Under the pieces are notes generated by a model, which worked only from the letters and a program-made list of their open reading frames with translations, ran no database searches and had not been told where the DNA came from. From assembly GCA_964016885.1 (NCBI GenBank), contig OZ024740.1, positions 124,248,001-124,312,000 on the forward strand: a stretch of DNA of 64,000 bases. Direction: 5' to 3'. Shown piece after piece: positions 1 through 12,983 of this stretch. Origin of the DNA: Eledone cirrhosa (Eukaryota). Numbering within the stretch: the first letter of the stretch is position 1; every line of letters begins with the position of its first letter. The translations under genes and the position numbers were made by a program.

Positions 1-2545
1 AAGATCTGGAAGCTGAAAGACCCCTCAGCCAGTAACAGATTTAAAGATATTTTACTCAACGCCTACGAGAGTAAAGAAGAACTGATACAGACATTCAATG
101 TAGAAGACCACTGGGAGTTCCTAAAAAATAACTTACTAGAGGCGACGGATGTGATGTGTGGCTGGAGTAAGACCACAAGCAGGAGGAGAGTGACTTGGTG
201 GTGGAACAATAAGGTAGATGAGGCAGTTAAGGCCAAGAGACAGGCATGGAAAGAATGGAAGAACGGGAGGAGCAGGGTACATTACATAGAGACCAAGAGG
301 GAAGCTAGGCAACAAGTATACTTAGCTAGGAGGGAAGCAGAGGATAGAAAATTCAAGCAGGTTTTGCAACGTGAGGACCAGAAACAGGAGGTGTTCAAGA
401 TTGCGAGGCAGTGTGTCAGAGAGAATTGTGATGTCATTGGAGAGAAGTGTATCCGGAATGATAAAGGTGAGCTTGCCCTCACAAGTGCTGAGAAGAAAGA
501 TGCATGGAAGAGCCATTATGATAAATTACTAAATGAGGAGAATGCATGGGAAGAAGAGACCCTACCCTAAGTAGACCCTATAGAGGAGCCAGCACTACAA
601 GTCAACAGCAGCGTACTAAGTAAGGCAATCAAAGATATGAAGGTGGGGAAGGCAACCGGTCCATCAGGTATAGCTGCCGAGATACTGAAGGCATCTGGGT
701 CTGTAGGTCACACTATAACCACATGTATTGTTAACCAGGTAATACTAGAAGGTGTCATACCAAAATATTGGTGCAGTAGCATCATTGTCAACTGCTACAA
801 AGGTAAAGGTGATGCACTAGATAGAGGAAACTATAGAGGTTAAAAGCTGATGGACTAGGTCATGAAAGTAACAGAAAGAGTTATAGCATAGTTGATTAGG
901 GACCAGGTGAAACTAGATGAGATGCAATTTGGGTTTGTACCAGGAAGAAGTACCACTGATGCCCTCTTCCTTGTGAGGCAGTTACAGGAAAAGTAGCTAG
1001 CTAAATGTAAGCCACTCTACCTGGCATTCTTCGATCTCGAGAAAGCCATTGACAGAGATCCACGTGCTGTAATCTAGAAGTAGATGAATGGCTTGTGAAA
1101 GCTGTACAAGCCATGTATAGGGGAGCAGTCAGCAAAGTTAGGATTAGCAATGACTATAGCGAGGAATTTAGCATATAGGTTGGTGTCCACCAGGGCTCTG
1201 TTCTTAGCCCTCGCCTGTTCATCACAGTCCACATGCAATAACAGAGGAGTTTAAGACCGGCTACCTATGGGAACTCCTGTATGCTGATGACCTCGCACTT
1301 ATAGCTGAATCTATGGTAGAACTAGAGAAGAAATTCCAAACTTGGAAGCAGGGACTAGAAAGAACCGGTCTCAAAGTCAACATGACAAACACTAAGGTCC
1401 TTGTAAGTCGACAAGAAAACAGAACCCAGATCCCCTCAGGGAAATGGCCTTGCTCAGTATGTAGGAAAGGTGTAGTTAGGAACTCCATTCTCTGCCCCAA
1501 ATGCAAACAATGGGTACACAAGAGATGTAGCGGGATCTCAAGAAGCTTAATTAAGATGTCGGCTTCACATGCAGCAGCTGTGCTAGGACAGCAAGCAGCA
1601 AACAGCTACAGGAAACAAGTACCACCAATATCTGGGAGGGCTCTGTAGAAACAGTAGACAGCTGCTGCTACCTAGGTGACTGAATTAGCAGCAGAGGTGG
1701 GTGTTCAGAAAGTACAATAACTAGGGTAAGAACGGGATGGAAGAAGTTCAGGGAACTGCTACCACTGCTAGCTGCAAAAGGCTTCTCCCTCAAAATGAAA
1801 GGCAAACTGTATGATGCGTGTATCCAAACAACAATGTTACATGGTAGTGAGACCTGGGCGGTGGAAGATTTACGTAGATTAGAAAGAAACGAAGCCTGTA
1901 TGCTCCGATGGATCTGTAATAGTAATATATGCGAACAACAAAGCATAAATGAATTGAGAGAGAAACTGAGCATAAGAGGAATCAAATGCTGTGTGCAGGA
2001 GAGGCGGTTGCATTGGTATGGACATGTGATGCGTATGAAGGATGACAGCCTCATAAAAATGTGCAGAGTACTAGAATTCATTGGAAACTGCAGAGTGGGG
2101 AGACCCAAGAAGACCTGGGATGGGGTGATAAAAGCCGACCTTACCCAATTACACATCTCAAAGGCGATGACACACGACCGTGACCTCTGGCGTCACGCAT
2201 TAATACAGAGTACACGACCTCCCATGGGTACAGGCTGAAGCATATAGACAATATGCCCCCACACCCTCCCACTGCAAGGTGGTCATGGAGGTGCCACGGC
2301 AAAAAAGCACCCAGCCCACACTGTAAAGTAGACGTGTAGGCCCCACAGAAAAAGCTCCCAGCACTCACTCTAAATGAGGTTGGTGTTAGGAAGGGCATCC
2401 AGCTGTAGAATTCAAGCCAAAATCAATTCCTGTATGAGCAAGGCATGGTCAGCCGACCAGACACTGCCCACAACAGAACAACCCGTCTAACCCATTCTAG
2501 CATGGAAGAACGGATGTAAAACAGTGATAATGATGATGATGCTGA
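1..2545 (+). mobile_element. RTE-clade LINE (decayed ORF2: RT plus PHD-like finger, 3' UTR, (GAT)n tail); runs off the left edge
   Basis: Fragmented ORFs 151-570, 637-843, 1313-1648, 1795-2238 with RT/RTE motifs (KGKGDALDRGNYRG, QFGF, LLYADD at ~1280, LHGSETW, RRLHWYGHVMR, GRPKKTW). In-frame stops and frameshifts are present. It ends in gatgatgatg at ~2530. Confidence 0.93.
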
Positions 2546-3754
2546 TGATATAACCAACATGGAAAAGAAACATAAAATGCTGATGTGATATATAGAGATA
2601 TAAAGAGATAGAGAGAGGGGGGGGGGTGTTATGGGTATATATGTGCAGACAAATATCTGATGATGCATTATTTGGATATCATACCAACAATCAAAAGTTA
2701 TGATTTCAAATTGTAGAATGGATTGTGGGCATATTATTATATAAATAAAGAAATATAATTCAATTTTCATTATAAACAACAGAAAATCACATCACACATC
2801 TGAAATCCTTGGCCACAGACAAACTTTTATCAAAGTCTATATCCGTATGTCTCTAATGCTGTTATTGGCGAAATGACTCAAAATAATACATCACAAAAAA
2901 TAATGCCTTATACATACTGTTTCCTAATCCACAAAGCAGATCATGATCTAATCATTGCAGCAAAAATTGAGTTGGAGACAATATCAAAAGAAAATAGAAT
3001 TGTGGAGGCTAGGTGTCTTTATTTCAAAGGAAGAAAATAAATACATAACATAATTTACCAGCTCAACCAAACCTGATGGAATGAGCTGAATTTAACTATT
3101 CACATATATCATAAATTATTCATTTCTTGGGAAGGACTAAATTATCTGTGAGATAATAGTAATTACTCTCTCTTTATAAAAATGCATTTGTGACCTTGTT
3201 GTTATATTGGTGGCGCTTGCGTAAATGAATCGATAGGAGCAAAAAGAAAATCATTTTAAAGATCTACAATAGTCATCCTACTCACTTTCCAACAATGGTA
3301 TTAAGTTTGGAGATTTGTAGCATATTCTAACTCCTACAATGTGAACAAAACTACTAAGCTTGAATATTGTAATATTTTCCATGGAAAATAACTAATAGAA
3401 ATGTGATATTATTTATTTTTCAAATGACTTTATCCCCTTAATTAATGTGAATAAATAACATCAGCAATGGTTGAATAACTTTTCTAATGAAATGTATTTG
3501 AGATTGTAGCTAGTTGCAAAAAATACTATATATGTTACATGCCAATAAATTTATAAACATTCACATACATACAGTTGTTTTTATGAGTGTGCAAATGTAA
3601 ACAATTGCATACACACATGTACTAAACATAATATAGAATGTACATAATATAGGTTTTCATATTTCATATTTATTTCACTGAAAAAAACACAAAAGTAGCA
3701 TACACACACATATATAGGTTATATATATATATATATATATATCACGAAGGTGAA

Positions 3755-4060
3755 CATGCTAAAATGGATGTGTAATCTGAGTGTACATGAACAACCGAGC
3801 AAGAATGAGCAGAGAGAAAAAATTCTGCATAAGAATCAGATGTAGTGTGTAAGAGAGATGACAGAGCTGATATATACTTGTAATGCATGTCGAAGATGAC
3901 AGCTAAGCAAAGAAGAAACTAGAAGAAAGCTGCAGATAAGAAAGATAAAGAAGAAGTGATGGGAGCTGATCTCAGAAACCAGAAAGGAAATGACCCCAGA
4001 AATGACAAAGAATTGCAGCAAGTGAGGTGCTGTGCTGTAGAAAACCCATCCAACTCATAC
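3755..4060 (+). mobile_element. Old degenerate 3' fragment of the RTE family
   Basis: By-eye similarity to 1900-2150 (atgctaaaatggatgtgtaat ... gcataagaatcagatgtagtgtg). Confidence 0.45.
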
Positions 4061-7000
4061 AATTACAGAAAAACATATTCTAAATGATTATATTATGTAT
4101 ATGTCCCTATCCCAATTTATTCCTGCATGTCTTCAGAGACAACTAAATGTGTTGGTGTCAAGAAGATCATCCAGCCATAAAGAATTGCTCCCAAAAGAAC
4201 TGCATGATGAGTCAATCATGGGTTGGAGCCTGCAAGGGTAACCACCTTTTTTGTAGTAACCACCTTTGGTAACCACCTTTAAAACACTTGCTGATGTACA
4301 CATATGCACTCATGTTTATATCAACTTACACATATTTATATACAAAAAACACGCACACATTCATATTGATTTTGCCTTACTGTTTATGTGAAAAGGCTTG
4401 CAGAAAATAAGAAAACACTGATCCCCCAAACTAAAAAGAAGCTCTCCAAATAAAAAAGTATACATTTCTCTAGCTTATAATTCAATAAGCATCACTCTAT
4501 TTTGTGTAATTTGATTTCACTGATAATTAACTAATTGTGCAATGTACTGCTTAGAATTGGTTTATGATAAAGGGAAATTTATTATAAAAAAGAATAAAGT
4601 TTATAGAGGAAATGAAATGAATATTCTGTGAACCATGAAAAGCTGTAGAAATTCAGAGACTTCTTCGTTTTTGCTTTTTGTTTTGTTTTGAGTTTCATTC
4701 TTTTTATATTATTCTTTTGTTCCGTTGTTATTTTAGTTTTTGTTTTTCTTATAGTTATTATTGGATTTTTTCACAAATCATAGCAGCAATTTATGATATA
4801 TATTAAGAATTAGTGTTCTTTTATGACATTTGAAAACCAATTATATTCAGATTTCTGCTTAATTATGTATCAATATTTGTAGGTAATTGCTTGAGATTTA
4901 TTCTCAATTTTCATTTTTGATTTTTATTTCTGCAGTGCCTGATTCATTTTCTCCACGATTCAGTGCTAAATACTATTCAATTCTAAGTAATTTATTTTTA
5001 ACTCTCATGGATCTGTACATGGATTTGCCAATAATAACATCTGACTCCAGGCAATCTGTACCACAGCTAACATCATATCTTTAAATCCCATAAGTTATCA
5101 ATAAATCAGCTTCACACAAAGCATTTAAGAAGTGATTCAATAAGCTTACCTTTCTCTGTTCAAACAAATCTTTAATCAACAATACCCTTTACCATTCCAA
5201 TTAGCAAACTACCTGAATCTCCCCCTGGTTTGTTGTAACAAAGCCATTTGTTTTAACAAGTTCAATATAATGTTATGCTTTCCACCATAAACTTATGTCA
5301 GAAAATGTTGTTTGAATGAATAGCTTAAAAATGGAAACATTGTTTTACTAAATTGATTGAAATTCTTAAAAATCATAGGTAGTGGATTTCATTAGAAATA
5401 TATTAATAATCACTTTAAGGGATAATCACTTATGCATTATTAAGCTGTGTCCTTTCTGTATCTTTACTAGGGTAAAAATGTTTTTTTTTCCTTCTCTAAA
5501 TTGGCTGATTGCATGCCATCACCATGAAGTCTCCATTACACCTGCCATTCATTATTCATTCTCCTCTACTGTATCTTAAATTATAAACCTTGTACAATGA
5601 TGGAAATAGAGCTTAAGAACTAAGGATGTGATAATATTTAAGCACTCTATCTCACCCTAAGAATTTGAAAAACACTTGCCTTCTTTTTTTCACTGACCCT
5701 ACATGCATTTTCTGGACCCTACATGCATTTTCCTATCTCTAAATAACCTTCAAATGTTTCATCTAACTGAATTGCTCTGTTGTTGAAGCTGTGACCATCA
5801 AATAATTTTCTTTGCAAATAAGGTATATAACAACACATTATCCAATGTATTCAATCTATTGTAATGATTGTTGTGAGTGATTTCAAGAAGATTGAGCACT
5901 TTTTAAAATAATACTTAAAGGATAGAACATAGAAATATTGTAATTATTACTTCAAAGAGAATGAGATTATGATCATATTGTAGATTTCCATGACATGGGC
6001 AATACCATTCAACAATACCCTTATTGAGTCAACGAACGTTTCATTGTGTGGTCGATTGATCTGTTAGAAATAGCAGTTAAATGTTCTTTAATCACTCCCT
6101 ATCTTCTTTAAAATGATTATATCTAAGTCTATAAAACTTCATTGGATAATGTAATCATTAGCTACATGCTCCCTGTAAGTAAAGTGAAGATGCTCATGGA
6201 TGGAATATTATTGGTTATAGTCATTCTTAATCAATATCGACTTGGAACTAAGCCACAATAAAACATCCCCAATTTGTCAGCTACATTTAAAATACCCAGT
6301 ATAGTCATATGACTATGATGTGGAAACTTGGACAAGAAAATGTGAAATTAGAGCTGTAGAGATGATGAGACTGAAGTTCATATTCCTAAAACAAATGCTT
6401 TCAGCTAAGTTTGGTTCTATAGAACACCTGCACAAAAAAATAAAGGTAAAATTCCCTAAACTCCTGATTGAACAAATGGACCAGAGCTATACAGAGCCCT
6501 AGAAACTATGACCACTTGTGGGAAATGATTGTACACACGGTTGGAGCCTGTATAAGAGCAACATTGAAGGGCTATATATTCAAGTACATTGGGAAAACAT
6601 GCTCAGGAAGCATGAAAATAAGTTTTCTAAGTGTGTACTCAGTAAGGGTGATGATGAACATGTCCCAATTGTGCAATCTTAATGAACTAGAGAAACACAC
6701 TCAACACTTTATTCACTGCATGCAGTTTTCCAGATACAAACAAGGGGAAAGTGTCAGAGTGTAGAATGGAACCAGGGCAACATTGAAATCTATCATAGGA
6801 AACAATATGAATGGGGTATGTTCCCTGAATAGGAGTAAGTCATGGAATGAAATAGCGAGGATAAGGATATTAGGTTAACAAATAGCAGAGTGTGATGTTC
6901 ATAGATGTTAAATCCAGAAGCGAGCTAGCACACATATTTAGAAAGGTTTAGAATAAACTAAAGCTTTAAATTATGGTAGCAGAAGAAACAGTCAATTCCA

Positions 7001-7699
7001 TCCAATCTCTAATCAGAAGGACTCATCTTTCAAGAAAACCCCCTTTATTAATAGAAACTCTGTAGTCTGTAAACTAGGGCCACAGATAAACTGTAAAACT
7101 AGTAGTTTGGTGTACAGCATAAGATACACAGCAGGACAATTAAGGAACACAATCATGCTGACTCATTGTAAAACGTAGAGGTGAACATCCTAGCCACATA
7201 GAGGGCTGATGCAATAATTAGCATATTTAGGAAACCGCCTTAAATAGAATGTGTGAATAAAATTGTAAGAATTATACGATCTAGTGACTGATGACAAATA
7301 TAGTACAGTAAATATAAATAGACACACAGGAGTGCAGAGACAGACAATGCAGCGATGGTAGAGACGTTATTGTCACAAGCTCCATCTATTATAGATAGGT
7401 AAGAACATACAAAGGCTGGTAGGAAGTCATTAGGGTATACACAAATTCCCTACATATGTATATAGGTGTAAATACGCACATACATGTGCATATTAGACAT
7501 ACACTACACAGAAAGGAAAGAAAAAAGATGGAGTAACTGAAAGAAAATCAAAATGAGGTAGAGACACGGAGAACCTAAACATCACAGAGTATGTCACAGC
7601 ATGTGTAATGAAAGAGCCTCAACAATTAAAATACCTTTCTGTTTCTAAAGGAATCGATAAATAGATCTGTTACCTGAGTAGTAATACAAGATAAACTGA

Positions 7700-7815
7700 A
7701 ATTCAAATGGTGCATTGGCTTTTATTGTCAGTTCGATTCTCCCAAAGTATAACAATATCTGTTTCAACACACAATTTCACATCAAGGATCTTGCCAAACA
7801 AATATAAAAGCAATT
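7700..7815 (+). mobile_element. Terminal fragment of the PLE 3' UTR family seen at 47652-49234, followed by (TA)n
   Basis: ctcccaaagtataacaatatc ... atcttgccaaacaaat matches the reverse complement of ~47665-47730 and the forward sequence at ~49165-49220. Confidence 0.6.
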
Positions 7816-7941
7816 TATATATATATATATATAAGCAAAAGGGATATTTAATTTGTTGGTAATTCAACAAATATATATATTTATAACTGATTCGAAGCAC
7901 TCGACAAGCTTTCTGGAGTATAATATCAACGATATTAATAA

Positions 7942-8090
7942 ATGGAAACTATATTTATAAAACCATATTTATTCTATTATATATATATATATTTCAATTA
8001 TATATATTTCTGATTAGAACGTACCAAAGTTTTGGTACCCTTGAAATATATATAATAGAATATATATGATTTTATAAATATAGTTTCCAT
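7942..8090. repeat. Fold-back unit (arms 7942-7997 / 8041-8090) with a degenerate hammerhead-like core
   Basis: atggaaactatatttataaaa ... ttttataaatatagtttccat arms. The inner part reads CTGATTAG ... gtaccaaa-gt-tttggtac ... GAAA-tata-TA. Confidence 0.65.
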
Positions 8091-8099
8091 ATATCAATC

Positions 8100-8285
8100 G
8101 GTGGATTGGCAGTATCGGTAGAGAGTCGGACACCATGCTTTGAAGCATAGAGTTACGTCCCTTTATGATCTGAGTTCAAATCCCGCTGAGGGTAACTTTG
8201 CCTTTCTTCCTTACGGGGTCGATAAAATAAAGTACCAGTAATGTATTGGGTATTTGCTGGCCTTGTGCCTAAAATAGAAACAATT
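8100..8285 (+). mobile_element. tRNA-derived SINE family A (central domain resembles the MetaSINE domain)
   Basis: A-box-like tggcagtatcgg, B-box gagttcaaatcc, then gcctttc-tccttacggggtcgataaaataaagtaccag. At least 8 related copies occur in the window. Confidence 0.85.
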
Positions 8286-9417
8286 AATATTATTGATATA
8301 TATATATATATATAATATCTGACGGCTTATAAGACGCATGTGCTTTTAAGAAGCACCTCAATATGAGCAGGCAGGTAAAAAAATAATGGCTTTAAATTAC
8401 GAATATCAAGTGAAGGGTATAAAATTTGTACATCGTTATTATTTTTTTTATTATTCTACATCATAATTCTAGTTGTAATGTAATAGTACATAATTAAAAC
8501 GTACGGAAGTGTTAAAATAAACTTTTGATATTGTGACACATGCATAATTAAGCGCCGTCACTTAATATTTTTTCTAACTTGAGTTATTTTACATGAAGTA
8601 CAGCTATGTACTACTGTTATACATTGTTGCCGTAGAAAAGAGTTGCCATTGTTGGTGTAGAAGCGATCACCACCTTGTTTACATTTGCAGAGATATTTGC
8701 AGTATCTCTTCAGTTCTGGAGCTGGTTGGATTACCCAGACGTAATGGAAGACTCCAGATGACCTCACCCTTGTCCTTGGGTAAGAAATAAGCGTCTCATC
8801 TTGGATGCCACAGTCAGTGACTCTTTTGCTCCCACCCACATTGGTAAATTTGGGGGTCACTACTTCCGTTGGCGAACAGAATAAGAATCGTAGATTCCTG
8901 GATTTATCTAGTAACTAGCTGAGGTAACCGGCTTTGCCCGTGAGAACAGTTAAGAGAAGATGGATAAAAGAAAAAACGAGTGTATTGGATGTGTTTTTCT
9001 GGTATGAAGTGAGACCGTAACGTCTGAGTGAGATATAAAAAAAAACTACCATAAAACTTCTTTATTAGGCTGGGGGCAGTGGCTGACTGGCCAGGTTGCC
9101 CAATGGCGAGTGGGCACCAGGGGGCCCATGTTAGTATTTCTATCAAGAGCCCAGAGTAGCAGTGCAGGGCCCACTGTAGTATTTTAGAGGCCAGTGCTTT
9201 GCTTTAAAAAAATACCTGATATCTAAGAGAAAGAATAATTTTTTTTTTTAAATAAACAACAATTAAGCAAAGCATTTGTCAACCAATTCCCCAGGGAATT
9301 ACTAGAAACCAAAATATACGATAGTGCAAATAGGTGGAATCATTGGTTGTACATTTTACTAAATCTTACTGTATTCATTCATGCATGCAAACATACATAT
9401 ATAGACACACACAAGCA

Positions 9418-9597
<180 letters not shown>

Positions 9598-9775
9598 ATT
9601 TCTACTTTAGGCACAAGGCCAGCAATTACCCAGTGCATTACTGGTGCTTTATTTTATCGACCCCGTAAGGATGAAAGGAAAAGTTAGCCTCGACGGGAAT
9701 TGAACTCAGATCGTAAAGGGACGTAACTATGCTGGAAAGCATAATCCAACCCTCTACCGATACTGCCAATTCACC
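9598..9775 (-). mobile_element. SINE family A copy
   Basis: Reverse complement of the 8100-8285 unit (ttttatcgaccccgtaaggatgaaagg ... gaattgaactcaga ... tactgccaat). Confidence 0.85.
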
Positions 9776-9779
9776 AATA

Positions 9780-12184
9780 ATAATGATTTGTTTAGTGGCC
9801 ACAAGGGCTGACATCAAGAAAAACATCACAGACGGAACAGGACGGTACAATGTGGGTTTTGTGCGTGTAAATATTTTTATTATTTATATAAGAAAAGAAA
9901 AAAGACATAAAACATATATATATATATAAACAATAAAATGAAAATTGAAACAATGAAAAATTCCCCAATAGGGGGGAAACCTCCGAGGGTTACTCGTGGC
10001 GAAAACCACACAAAAGACCACGGCCACCCTGACTACCAGGGCAAGCGCCCTCTCTCAATTTTTCCATCTCTCAAACTACAGACGTATATTCAGAGTGGTC
10101 CCGTTCACTCGGACCATTCTCGCTACATTCACCCACCTTTCAACAAACTTGCTAGAAAGCAGCACTTGCCTCTCCACCCTGATTTTCCTCTTCAAGTGAA
10201 ACTTGAAAAAGTTAATTAGGGATTCGCCGAAGAGGAAAGTGTTTGTCTTTAATCCTTTTAACCTTGTCCACTACACAATCTCTTTCGCCATGGCCAACAG
10301 GCAGATGAAAACCGCCTGCCCTTCCACCTCAAAGGAAGACGGCGAGACCATCTGCACAATGGACTGTCGACAACCGGATCAGTCCCACACGTGACAGCAA
10401 CTGTTCGACATAGCTCCACAAGTCAGCAATGCTCGGGCACTGAACGATTGCGTGCACAACGGTTTCGTCGCTATGCGCGCATCTCGGACAGGCTCGGCTG
10501 ACGGCACTTCGTGCCTCTAGAGCTTATCTCGAACCGGCAGCGCTCCCCGGTAGCACTGCCAGGCCAGGGATTTTTGGAATTATCCATAGACCCCGGGCTG
10601 AAAGTTCTCCAGAAGAGAGCAAACAGCTGATCTTCTTCGACGCCCAGGATCTCTCCGAGAATGTCGTCGCTCTTCCCCTCCAATAGTCCTCTATAGAACG
10701 CCGAGGTGGATGTTCCACCGATACTGGTGCCCAACTGGGAAAGGGTAGTGAGCGCCTGGAGACATTCCAGTTTCCAAGCGCTATCCCTCGGTCTTTTTAT
10801 GACCCAGGACTGCAGCTCCGTCAAGGAGACGAGCTGTGGGAAAATGTGCCTGGCGAACGGCGACCACACCCGTTCACCATTAAGGAAGCACCAGAGATGT
10901 CGCAGCCTCAGCGCATGTTGCGCATCATCAGCCATGGCATGCCTAGTCCTCCATGCAACGGGTCTTGACAGCAGATGGATCGTCTGACCATGGGAGCGCG
11001 TCCCTTCCACAAAAAGCGGAAGAGGAGGCACTCCATTTTGGTGAGAGTTGGGCTGGAGCAAGGGACGACGGTGAGGCGGTAGCAGATGACGGATGCGATG
11101 TACGCATTCGCCACTTCCACCCAGCCTTTCAGGGACAGCTTCCTCTCAGCCCATTTCTGGGTGAGGGAGGCCACCCTGCTCGTCACCTCGTTCCGGTTTT
11201 TCTCCATTTGGAGGTCCGATCCGAACCAGAGCCCGAGCAATTTAACCGGTCCGTCCGTCCAAAGCCCCAAGATGCTGTCGGACGGCATGGATTTGCCTCT
11301 CCATTTGCCTAGCTGCAAGCCCACCGACTTTTCCTGGTTTATCTTTGCTCCTGTCACCGCTTCGTATTCCTTGAGAGCGGTACCGAGCATCTGGACGTGT
11401 CTGGTGCTCGACACCACCACGGTGACGTCGTCAGCGTAAGCCGACTCGGATCCCCCGCATCCTAGTTCGCGTGGGACGCCCCTCACCGCCCCCAGTTTGT
11501 GCAGTAACGGCTCGAGAGCCAATACGTACAAGAGGGACGAGAGGGGACAACCCTGGCGGACTGAGCGCATGATGCTGAACGGCTGCGACAGGTGACCGTT
11601 CACCCTCACAACTGAGCAGATGTCGCTGTACATTGCTGCGATCCAACGCCTGAAAACGGGCCCGAAACCGGCTGCCTCGAGGACCGCCGCCAGGTACCGA
11701 TGGTCGACCCTATCGAATGCTTTGGATTGATCCAAGTTGATCAGGGCCCCACCCTTTCCAGGTTCCTTAACCACTCTCTCTATGATGTATCGCATGAGGT
11801 GGAGGTTGTCGTGTATGGATCTATCCGGAATGGCGCATGTCTGCGCCTCTCCCACCAGACCCTTGACGACAAGCGCCAACCTCGTTGCTAACACCTTGGC
11901 CAAAATCCTGAACTCTGCGTTTAGTAGGGTTATGGTCCTGAAATTATCAATAACATCCCTCTTGTTCGGGTCTTTTCTCAGCAGCACCAGTGCTCCCCGG
12001 CTCACAAAACTGGGAATGCTCCCGTTCTGCTGCCAGTTGGCGTAGACGTCTGCCAAGAGGTCACCGAACAAGTCTGGCATAAATGCATAAAGCTCGTAGG
12101 GCAGACCATCTAAACCTGGCGATTTACCTCTTGTGCAGTTAGCCATCGCTTCCCGTATTTCACCGGCTGTTATTGGCTGTTCGC
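9780..12184 (-). mobile_element. 5'-truncated L1/Tx1-like LINE (ORF2 RT plus C-terminal CCHC finger), GC-rich
   Basis: The 412-aa ORF at 10908-12146 has GKSPGLDGLPYE, NFRTITLLN, LDQSKAFDRVDH, SVRQGCPLS, AYADD, KLLG and GGLGMP. Downstream, after frameshifts, CPRCAHSDETVVHAIVQC occurs at ~10435-10490. The 3' UTR is T-rich on the minus strand. Confidence 0.92.
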
Positions 12185-12275
12185 TAATAATAATAATAAT
12201 AAATGTGAAGACTAAAATCCAAAGAGGGCTCGATAAGGATAAATATATATCAAATATATAAGAACCCTAGAGCAA

Positions 12276-12362
12276 ATATTTATTAAAATAACAGAAGATG
12301 CCGTTGACGGTGAAAGCAGCGATTATTTGCTTAAACTTTAATCTGTTATTTTAATAAATATA
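12276..12362 (+). repeat. Small fold-back with a degenerate hammerhead core
   Basis: Arms atatttattaaaataacaga / tctgttattttaataaatat. Motif: aaataa-CAGAAGA-T-gccgt(tg)acggt-GAAA-gcagc-GA-ttattt. Confidence 0.55.
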
Positions 12363-12392
12363 TATATATATTGAGTGAGTGTGAAATACCAA

Positions 12393-12608
12393 GGGTCATT
12401 ATTGAAAGTCTCTGGATTTCGCAAAACAAATATTTTTTATTGGAGAAAGTAAGATATTTTTCCACAAAAATTTGATTTTACTGTTTTGTTTCCACTTATG
12501 TATTTTTTTTAAATGTTATTTATTCATTATAAAAATTAAATGAGAGCATTCTATATGTAGGTGGGCCGCCTTCATCTGGCAACCAATATTTTTAGACCTA
12601 GTCCGCCA

Positions 12609-12611
<3 letters not shown>
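12393..12611 (+). repeat. Second internal copy of the hAT right end
   Basis: gtcattattgaaag ... ttccacaaaaatttgatt ... tttttagacctagtccgccactg is a direct repeat of 13440-13622. Confidence 0.85.
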
Positions 12612-12651
<40 letters not shown>

Positions 12652-12657
<6 letters not shown>

Positions 12658-12831
12658 TTGGGCTTACTTTATTCATATATATATATATATGTTCTTGCAT
12701 GTCAAATTCAAACTTACAATGATTAGCATTATATATATATATATATATAATGCCAATCATTGTAAGTTTGAATCTGACATGCAAGAACATATATATATAT
12801 ATATATATTAATAAAGTAAGCCCAAATCATA
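12652..12831. repeat. Near-perfect palindrome with a (TA)n loop
   Basis: Arms 12652-12730 / 12749-12831: tatgatttgggcttactttatt ... aataaagtaagcccaaatcata. Confidence 0.92.
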
Positions 12832-12983
12832 GTAGATTTAAATATCACAGAGAAAGAGAGATAGAGAGGGAGAGGGGAGAAATGAGGTGCAACAGAAATG
12901 AATCATGGATTAAAGGTTAAAATGTATTCTAGATAGATGTGAAACAAAACGAGGATGTAGTTTATGGAATACCCAAATGATTT

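Noticed and set aside
6320-6770. Short ORFs with faint RTE-like words (ETW, FKYIG)
   Set aside because: Too degraded, and the motif order is inconsistent, so boundaries cannot be assigned.
10471-12045. Overlapping and antisense ORFs within the L1/Tx1 element
   Set aside because: Expected from high GC content and frameshifted ORF2 pieces; there is no independent motif evidence.
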